The position numbers and the translations under genes were made by a program. A stretch of 64,000 nt of DNA from the sequence record MN563784.1; one strand, written 5' to 3'. Numbering within the stretch: the first letter of the stretch is position 1; every line of letters starts with the position of its first letter. Positions 57,368-64,000 of this stretch are shown here, piece after piece. The notes beneath the pieces were generated by a model. That model saw nothing but the letters and a program-made list of their open reading frames with translations, made no database searches and had not been told where the DNA came from.

Positions 57368-57528
57368 AGAATTATGGCGATTTTATATTAGAGATGAGTT
57401 ACTGACAACCTAATATAGATATGTAATAACTACATATTATTACAATCTGAGTATTATTTATTTCTTGTTATGACATTATGTAAATAACGTGTAGTTAATC
57501 TTATTAGAAACTATCAAAGTTACTAATT

Positions 57529-58041
57529 CTAACTAAAACGAACCACCATTACCTCTGTACCAAAAGTATCTGCAACCCACTGGTTAAATTCTTTATCAGT
57601 GATACCGCGTAGGTTCAGATTAAATGAGGCATTGTCAACAAGAATATATTTTACAGACGATATTAATTCTTCTTTAATATCTTTTTGAATAGATGATTCC
57701 TCAGGTTGATGAATATATTTACGGAGTTGGTGTGTAATTAAACAAGAAACAATATTATCTTTAGCATTCTGGAACTTAGCCAGTACAGCCTGTTTAATTT
57801 TATCCTCTACAAATACAGCTAGACATTCGCCAGGATGACGATTAGCAAACTCAATCAATGCAGTTGTACTACCACATTGCCGACCTACAAATAATCCAAC
57901 AGTCCTGTATTCACGAATAACAATATGACCAATAGAATTAGATCGATAATTAACCCAGTTCTCATTCGTTTTTTGAATTAAAGCATCTAGGATATCTTGG
58001 TACTTTACAATAGTTCTTACAAACTGATTAGAGTTAGTCAT
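57529..58041 (-). CDS. degenerate P-loop-like protein
   Basis: GRQCGST (Walker A-like) and YILVDNA (Walker B-like); AGGAG RBS. Confidence 0.6.
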   Translation of the reverse strand: MTNSNQFVRTIVKYQDILDALIQKTNENWVNYRSNSIGHIVIREYRTVGLFVGRQCGSTTALIEFANRHPGECLAVFVEDKIKQAVLAKFQNAKDNIVSCLITHQLRKYIHQPEESSIQKDIKEELISSVKYILVDNASFNLNLRGITDKEFNQWVADTFGTEVMVVRFS

Positions 58042-58069
58042 AATAGACTCCTTTATTACAATGTAGCAT

Positions 58070-58273
58070 AGATTCAGTTTTTTAACTGGAATTAAATGCC
58101 GATTTTGAAAAGGTGATAAAACCTTTTCTCATCTATAAATGAATTTATAATAGTAACAATGAATATAACCAGGGGTGGCAAACCCCTGGCATTTAGACAC
58201 ACTCTATAATAAGTTCTACCACCGAGTGTGTTTAGTGGATAGATTTAAGAATACTTTATTATAGTACTCTTAC
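58070..58273 (-). ncRNA. candidate multibranch structured ncRNA (strand tentative)
   Basis: At least six helices, no ORF, TATGTA on minus strand at 58271-76. Confidence 0.55.
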
Positions 58274-58325
58274 ATAATATCATCGTGCCAGTATAATTAT
58301 CTAAATAGTTATAAATATTATTATT

Positions 58326-59333
58326 TTAATCAATGATTAATGGCGCTAGTTTTACCTGATAGATACCTGATAACAATTGGCTTTTCAACATATATGCTCC
58401 ACCACCAACTGGCATTTTAGATCCACCTACAATGATCATGCTATTATCCGGACCTTTAGCTATAGATGAAATATTAAGGAATCCGATACCTAGTTCAAAT
58501 GGTTCAGCCCATTTCCGGCGCCTAATATTAAAACGTTGTGCAAACATTTTAGTTACACCGCCGACATCAACAGCGTTAAGGTAATTAAAATAGTCCCCAT
58601 CTACATAACCATTACCTTGCCAGATTGTTCCTTTATCAGCAGGTATAATCATCCAAGGTGTTTGCTCCCATATTAAGGTAGTTGCATTATATCGATAAAC
58701 TTCAAGATTAGGTATGTTCTTTGTATTATCCCAACCACCAAAATGGTAAAAGTAACCATTATAAAAGAATAACTGTTGACCTGAACGAGCACCACCTGAA
58801 TAATCTTGCCCACTAAGCCATGTCTTACCCGATGGTTTTAACCGCATTGCATTTACCCCAACTGGGTTAACACACATAATAAGATCATTACCATCTGATG
58901 CGGAGGCTGTGCCCCAAAGTGGTACGGGACCACTATATCGCTCAACCCTATTGCCTGTAGCTATATCAAAATGTTGTATAAAGTTAGATGTTCCCGTACC
59001 ACCATTACCAGCCGAGTTCCATCCAGTAATACCGCCATAAACAATAAAGTTATTCTTATGTAATGTCCCAAATCCTAAAGATACCCCTGGTAAGAATGTT
59101 CCAGAAGCAGTTGCACCTATATCGGCAAATGGCGATATGGTAAAACGTCTGAACACAGTTGCAGCTGTTTGTCCTTCAGTATGATGACCAGATCCAACAT
59201 ACAGTGTATTTCCATCCACATATGACATTGTACCAGCTAACGCTACAGGTAGATCACCTAATTTAATAATTTCATTAAATCCAACCAAGGGTAACTCTTC
59301 GCCTATATCTGGCGATAATAGTAATTCAAACAT
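58326..59333 (-). CDS. kelch-like beta-propeller protein, probable virion component
   Basis: Repeated YVGSG / IVYGG / YHFGGW / IIVGG blades; late TATG upstream. Confidence 0.8.
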   Translation of the reverse strand: MFELLLSPDIGEELPLVGFNEIIKLGDLPVALAGTMSYVDGNTLYVGSGHHTEGQTAATVFRRFTISPFADIGATASGTFLPGVSLGFGTLHKNNFIVYGGITGWNSAGNGGTGTSNFIQHFDIATGNRVERYSGPVPLWGTASASDGNDLIMCVNPVGVNAMRLKPSGKTWLSGQDYSGGARSGQQLFFYNGYFYHFGGWDNTKNIPNLEVYRYNATTLIWEQTPWMIIPADKGTIWQGNGYVDGDYFNYLNAVDVGGVTKMFAQRFNIRRRKWAEPFELGIGFLNISSIAKGPDNSMIIVGGSKMPVGGGAYMLKSQLLSGIYQVKLAPLIID

Positions 59334-59417
59334 GAGTGTGCTCTCAAGTAAATCATTTTAATTCATAAGATAACCCATGGCAACATAAAAGAGTAGCCGA
59401 AGCTACTCTTTAGAATA

Positions 59418-59493
<76 letters not shown>

Positions 59494-59499
59494 ATTAAA

Positions 59500-59576
59500 T
59501 GGCGCGCCCAAGGGGACTCGAACCCCTGACCACCCGCGTGACAGGCGGGTATTCTAACCAACTGAACTATGAGCGC
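59500..59576 (-). tRNA. tRNA-Asp(GUC)
   Basis: CT-GTC-AC loop, CCA. Confidence 0.97.
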
Positions 59577-59628
59577 AAACGTATGGACATGACTTCCTAC
59601 ATAGTATTACATAACCAGTAATATTTTA

Positions 59629-59976
59629 TTACGGGCGATCAGTCCAGTGCTTGAAATAGTTACCATCCTTGGGACGATCGTACTTAGCAAGAATATTTTT
59701 AAGTTCTTCGCCGGACAACTTAATACTATCGCCTACTGGGCTATCCAGTTCAGGGCAAGGTTCAGTTTTACGTGTAATGATTAAATTATCAGTCCCATCT
59801 TTGAAGATAAAGATAAACTGCGTTTCATTAGCACTAATCTTTTTCTTAACGCAATGCTTTACTTCTGGATGTTTCTTGTGGATCGCTACAAAAGATTCAA
59901 CAAGAGTTAGCTTTATAAACTCAGGGCTAATAAATGTGAAATATACAGCGCTCTGCGTTGGGGTTAGATGATCCAT
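59629..59976 (-). CDS. hypothetical protein
   Basis: GGAG RBS. Confidence 0.8.
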   Translation of the reverse strand: MDHLTPTQSAVYFTFISPEFIKLTLVESFVAIHKKHPEVKHCVKKKISANETQFIFIFKDGTDNLIITRKTEPCPELDSPVGDSIKLSGEELKNILAKYDRPKDGNYFKHWTDRP

Positions 59977-59978
59977 AT

Positions 59979-60284
59979 TTACTCCGTATGTTTGAGATAG
60001 GCTTTAACTGCTTTAAGACCTTTATTAAAGAACATAGCTTCAACATAAGTAATGTTACTTACATCCTCGCCGATAAGTTCCCATTTGATGCAACGTGTAA
60101 CAGCGTTGATTGTAATATCTAATCCGTTTGGGAATAGGGTTACTTCATCGGTCAGGTGAATCCAATCGGGAGCCTTCGCTCCATTACGTAAACGGGGACT
60201 AAAAGTAAGATTATAAAGTGTTTGTAATGGTTGTCTCAATAGTTCTTTTTGTTCTTGATGTTCCATGTATTTTCCTAGAGACAT
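59979..60284 (-). CDS. hypothetical protein
   Basis: Collinear ORF. Confidence 0.75.
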   Translation of the reverse strand: MSLGKYMEHQEQKELLRQPLQTLYNLTFSPRLRNGAKAPDWIHLTDEVTLFPNGLDITINAVTRCIKWELIGEDVSNITYVEAMFFNKGLKAVKAYLKHTE

Positions 60285-60496
60285 TTAAAAATATAAATAG
60301 AATGGTTATCTCTTTCGGTTATCTTTAGAGTATTCTCATTTCGAATAACTTCAAGAGACTTGTATTTATGTTCCAGAATATCCAGATGAGAAATACACTG
60401 TTCCCTATTTTCAAATAGGATATTACTTTCATTAGTCGAAATGAAACCAAATAATCCAACTTTGATAGATAATACCAACATTATTACTGTATTCAT
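60275..60496 (-). CDS. small exported two-Cys protein, paralog of 18445
   Basis: GAGG RBS before MNTVIML at 60496; FENREQC...IFKCL. Confidence 0.7.
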   Translation of the reverse strand: MNTVIMLVLSIKVGLFGFISTNESNILFENREQCISHLDILEHKYKSLEVIRNENTLKITERDNHSIYIFKCL

Positions 60497-60548
60497 GTTT
60501 TCCTCAATGAGACAGTATAAAACCTCCCCCAAGTGGGAGGCTAGTATA

Positions 60549-60625
60549 TGGTGGGCCCAGCAGGACTTGAACCTGCGACCAAGCGATTATGAGTCGCCTG
60601 CTCTAACCAACTGAGCTATAGGCCC
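60549..60625 (-). tRNA. tRNA with CAU anticodon, Ile2-type body
   Basis: GAGCAGGCGACTCATAATCGCTTGGTCGC core matches recalled enterobacterial ileX rather than Met tRNAs. Confidence 0.85.
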
Positions 60626-60632
60626 TTTTTAT

Positions 60633-60926
60633 TTATTCTGGTAAGAATGTTCCATCTTTTTGACGGACTAATACACCTGACCATTTGAATGTATTTGTAT
60701 CACTAGCAGGGCACTCTCTAATTACATTGGTTCTAAATGTGCCATGTGGATAGGTTACAGTGAATGTAATATGGTTATTACAAACATGTAATACAGAAGA
60801 CTTTGCTTCTGTTAGATAGTGTAAGCCTTGAGCTAATTGAATATTAGTTAATTCAGGGTCACTAAGAATAGCGTAAAGAGCTGTTCCTATAATTTGATGT
60901 TCCCATGATATCCATTTATTATCCAT
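60633..60926 (-). CDS. hypothetical protein
   Basis: AGGA RBS. Confidence 0.75.
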   Translation of the reverse strand: MDNKWISWEHQIIGTALYAILSDPELTNIQLAQGLHYLTEAKSSVLHVCNNHITFTVTYPHGTFRTNVIRECPASDTNTFKWSGVLVRQKDGTFLPE

Positions 60927-60947
60927 CCTATTTACCTATTATTAAAA

Positions 60948-61023
60948 TGGTCGGAGTGGGGAGACTCGAACTCCCGACATCCTGCTCCCAAAGCAGGCGC
61001 GCTACCAACTGCGCTACACTCCG
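60948..61023 (-). tRNA. tRNA-Pro(UGG)
   Basis: TT-TGG-GA loop, CCA. Confidence 0.97.
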
Positions 61024-61032
61024 TATTTAAAT

Positions 61033-61117
61033 TGGTGCCCGAAGTCAGATTCGAACCGACAAGACCGTAGCCGGAAGATTTTAAGTCTTCTGTGTTTACC
61101 AATTTCACCATTCGGGC
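61033..61117 (-). tRNA. tRNA-Leu(UAA)
   Basis: CT-TAA-AA loop, long variable arm, CCA. Confidence 0.96.
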
Positions 61118-61175
61118 ATTGTGCTTCAATACATAACATGTAATGCTAGGTATTTTATTACAACTTATTTTAAAT

Positions 61176-61628
61176 TCAACGTGGCCATTGTAAAGAAGTT
61201 ATCTTATTACCATTAATGTAGACATCGGTCACTTCGCACCAATCATTAATTCTGTGTTCAATAATTGGAACATCATTTCGGCCAGCCACTCCAATCATAT
61301 TCCATTTAACATAAATATTCATTAGATCAATTGTTAATTTCTCTTTTATGAGTTTAGGAGAAATTAATTTAATATTATTAATGTTAAAGAAGTAATTATT
61401 AACTTCTTCTAAATATTCATTAGTATTAGTAGTACTAACTTTGCCTTCATGTTCAAGTGAGGATGGTTTATTCTGATTTACAATATTATTCACTAGACTT
61501 CTTAAAACGGCGCTTGCCCTACCAGCTTCACGTCTTTTATATTTATCATAGTCTTTTACATTAGCTGCAATTTTATCAAATTCTTTTTGGGCATAGATTA
61601 ACCCTGGTAAAAGTTCATTCTTAATCAT
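61176..61628 (-). CDS. late hypothetical protein
   Basis: TATGTA at 61653-58. Confidence 0.8.
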   Translation of the reverse strand: MIKNELLPGLIYAQKEFDKIAANVKDYDKYKRREAGRASAVLRSLVNNIVNQNKPSSLEHEGKVSTTNTNEYLEEVNNYFFNINNIKLISPKLIKEKLTIDLMNIYVKWNMIGVAGRNDVPIIEHRINDWCEVTDVYINGNKITSLQWPR

Positions 61629-61682
61629 TTTATAATTACTCTATGTTATTTGTACATATTTTAACATACTCACGTAAAAACA

Positions 61683-61836
61683 AAATATAAAGCCTCCCCG
61701 AAGGGAGGCGATATATCGTCATTAATGCCCAGCAAAGAGTTTTACTCTCTGGGAGCCAGTTGGAAGGGGGACTGGCTCCGATTTATTATGACTAATGTAG
61801 AAACGAGGGGGAGGGATCATTTCTACATATCATTAC
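61683..61836 (-). ncRNA. candidate late sRNA with C-rich, anti-SD-like loops
   Basis: TATGTA start 61834-39, two 9-bp hairpins with loops UGAUCCCUCCCCCUCG and CCCCCUUCCA, UUCG terminator 61692-61709, no ORF. Confidence 0.7.
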
Positions 61837-61848
61837 ATACTCAGTAAG

Positions 61849-63732
61849 TTATTCTTCAATACCAATGACCGTATTGCGTTCATTGGTGTTCTCTACGGTT
61901 GAACCACTTGGGAAGCTACTGACAGATGCTTGCATTAGTTTCAACATGTCGATAGCAAATACTCGATATGTAGATTCAACCTTAGCGTCGTCGTACGATG
62001 CATGAATGTTAAGAATGGCATTATCGGCCCTTTTAGCCAGCAGATATACATCCTCAAGAGCATCTTTATCTTTAATAGTGGATAGCTTATGTTTGTAGAT
62101 ATCCCCATTGACAGATAGGTCAGGATACTGGGCTACCCAAGTGTCCGCAATAGTCTTAGTGTTGTTAGACAGAACGTCAATGATAACGTTAGCTGCTTCC
62201 ACAATACCGGTAGCATCAAGCAACTTAATCTTAGCACCAGCATTATCTGGCCATTTGGGTTCTTGGAAGTTTGTCTTTACATTGGGTTTCCATTCAGCCA
62301 GAAGAGTAGCGACTTTCTTAGGGTCTTGCCAATCATTCCCTTTGAACAGATTAACCACGGGGGCTAGTATCTTACTGTTCTCATCCAGAACTTTCTGGTT
62401 GTGACGATCAGCTTTAGCTACAGCATTAGTGATATTGGCTTTTGCGGTCTTAGGATCATTAGACGCGAACGTCTCGTAACTCGATACTTTTACTTCGCCG
62501 GTTTTAAGCTTTGCTTCTGCCACCCATTTGGCATCACCATAGGTACTTTTCAGTGTAGCAATAGCTTTCTTCTTTTTATCAAGATTGATCTCAGGGCCAG
62601 AGTCGAAGATACTCTTAATGGTGTCGATAAGACCTTCATTTGAGACTTGTATAAAACCGGGAGTATTAATGATGGACTTCTCTACATACCCGCCACGAAT
62701 AACTCGATTTATAAAACCATTAAGACCACTACCAGTTTCGGCCATATCTTTCATGATTTCTATATTTGTTTCACCAGCACTCTGGGCATTGTATAAATAA
62801 TAAGAACCATCTTTAAATTTTAGTATAATCCAGTCATCTCCAGTTAGATATGAATCAATATTACTATCATTCATACTTTGGTATTTAATGAATTCTGGAT
62901 TAGTACTTAGTACTTCTTCAATAAACTCTTCTAATGCCGCAGAATTATTAATAGCATCAACAGGTGGAATTTCACCATCAATGGGTTCAGTAGTTGGACC
63001 AGTAACAATGGCAGGTAACGGATCCTCCTCTACAATAACAGTTTCTTCCACTGGTAGAGCACCACATGAAGCATCAATTAGTTTATTAAAACTACTAATG
63101 ATCTCACCAAGTGCTACAAGAACTGCTGGCTGTTCAACTTGTTCAACTTTAGCAATACCAGTTTCTGTAAATTCTTCAGTGATTCGGTTATAAACTTCTA
63201 CTAGTTGGTTAGTAAGTTCTGCTACTTTTGGCAGAGTCTGCTTAGACAGAGGTTCAACTACAGTTGTATCTGCTTCAACAAAAATAGAATCATCTTCTTC
63301 TAAACGGCTAGTATTAGCTGAGCCAGCTGTGAAGTTATAAGGCATATCTTGAATTACTTCATTAATTTCAGATGCCTCCATATCTTCATTTAGACGACCA
63401 CTATAAGTACGCATCATACCTTCTGCTTCTTTAATAGTGGAATGCGCTAAGCGTCCCCAATCACCACGCATAATACCGCGCTCGGTAAGACCGCGTGCAG
63501 CTGAACCAAGATCAATAGGTTCTTCAATAAATGATTGTTCTTCAACCCACTCTTCATTACTGTAACATTCTTTTAGAATGGTTTTAAATTTAGTACTAAA
63601 GGGTTGTAGAATCTTTTTATCTACTTGTTCAACATTTGTTTTAAAGTGTTCTAGACTTGGTGTAGCTTTTGAAGATACTTTTTCAGTACCGCTATATAGC
63701 GTACGGTTTAGGAAGTTTAGCATTTTATTCAT
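61849..63732 (-). CDS. large head/inner-body-type virion protein with KTSC-like domain
   Basis: Acidic N-half with SLE/SNE/ALE/SNE motifs matching the S/A/G-X-E head-protease consensus; SNIDSY..GDDWIILKFKDG.YYLY segment. Confidence 0.7.
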   Translation of the reverse strand: MNKMLNFLNRTLYSGTEKVSSKATPSLEHFKTNVEQVDKKILQPFSTKFKTILKECYSNEEWVEEQSFIEEPIDLGSAARGLTERGIMRGDWGRLAHSTIKEAEGMMRTYSGRLNEDMEASEINEVIQDMPYNFTAGSANTSRLEEDDSIFVEADTTVVEPLSKQTLPKVAELTNQLVEVYNRITEEFTETGIAKVEQVEQPAVLVALGEIISSFNKLIDASCGALPVEETVIVEEDPLPAIVTGPTTEPIDGEIPPVDAINNSAALEEFIEEVLSTNPEFIKYQSMNDSNIDSYLTGDDWIILKFKDGSYYLYNAQSAGETNIEIMKDMAETGSGLNGFINRVIRGGYVEKSIINTPGFIQVSNEGLIDTIKSIFDSGPEINLDKKKKAIATLKSTYGDAKWVAEAKLKTGEVKVSSYETFASNDPKTAKANITNAVAKADRHNQKVLDENSKILAPVVNLFKGNDWQDPKKVATLLAEWKPNVKTNFQEPKWPDNAGAKIKLLDATGIVEAANVIIDVLSNNTKTIADTWVAQYPDLSVNGDIYKHKLSTIKDKDALEDVYLLAKRADNAILNIHASYDDAKVESTYRVFAIDMLKLMQASVSSFPSGSTVENTNERNTVIGIEE

Positions 63733-63787
63733 GTCTACTCTCTCGTTGATGACTGTTAATAAGAGTGCTATAGAATTGTTAGCATAA

Positions 63788-63809
63788 ACCCTCCCAATTA
63801 AGGGAGGGT
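63788..63809 (-). terminator. intrinsic terminator
   Basis: accctccc/gggagggt. Confidence 0.8.
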
Positions 63810-63817
63810 CATTATGT

Positions 63818-64000
63818 CTACATTATATCTCGTGTACCATCATTCATTTCAACAACAGTGACTTTATCACCAACCTTTGGTTTTTCATTGGTAACTGTTT
63901 GAACCATGTACTGCTTGCCATCTGTATTAACAATCAGTTTACATTGAAATGTTTCAGTAGCACTAACATTATTACCGACTGCGCCGCCTGCGGCACCACC
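63818..64000 (-). CDS. glycine-zipper (SlyB-like) membrane protein, C-terminal part
   Basis: GGAAGGAVGN...KVGDKVTVV; truncated by window edge. Confidence 0.7.
   Translation of the reverse strand, partial: GGAAGGAVGNNVSATETFQCKLIVNTDGKQYMVQTVTNEKPKVGDKVTVVEMNDGTRDIM

Noticed and set aside
57375-57420. CCA-ending hairpin upstream of variant tRNA-Asn as an eighth tRNA
   Set aside because: Only 46 nt with no D, anticodon or T arm; at most a remnant
60932-61129. 65-aa minus-strand ORF
   Set aside because: Reads through tRNA-Leu and tRNA-Pro
62108-63787. Five plus-strand ORFs
   Set aside because: Antisense to the 627-aa head protein gene

Overview
AT-rich, gene-dense segment of a phiKZ-like jumbo phage genome (Phikzvirus/Chimalliviridae, Pseudomonas host). 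This assignment is inferred from recalled gene content and order, not a database search. Layout: a minus-strand SF2 helicase (truncated at the left edge); a ~52.5 kb plus-strand early/middle block of mostly small accessory ORFs cut into units by GC-rich hairpin terminators and TATATTAC-type early promoters; then, after a terminator at ~53.9 kb, a minus-strand late block with TATG(TA) promoters, seven tRNAs, a kelch-type protein, a large head protein and a glycine-zipper protein. Recognisable enzymes: dCTP deaminase, thymidylate synthase, two AAA ATPases (one BCS1-like), an SspB-like ClpX adaptor, a RlaP/YcgL-type nucleotidyltransferase, a RelA/SpoT-type HD hydrolase, a Zn deaminase, a degenerate GIY-YIG domain, a tandem pair of ADP-ribosyltransferase-fold ORFs and an Ntn-hydrolase (proteasome-beta-like) protein. 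The most striking unexplained signal is a set of structured intergenic elements with no convincing ORF, each starting at a late-promoter motif and mostly ending in a terminator (about 1.0-1.3, 51.1, 51.6, 58.1-58.3 and 61.7-61.8 kb). These look like phage non-coding RNAs; the one at 61.7 kb displays anti-Shine-Dalgarno-like C-rich loops. An early cluster of paralogous signal-peptide, two-cysteine helical proteins is also notable. No CRISPR array, IS element, rRNA or intron was seen. All family calls are from motif recognition by eye and all RNA structures were paired by hand.
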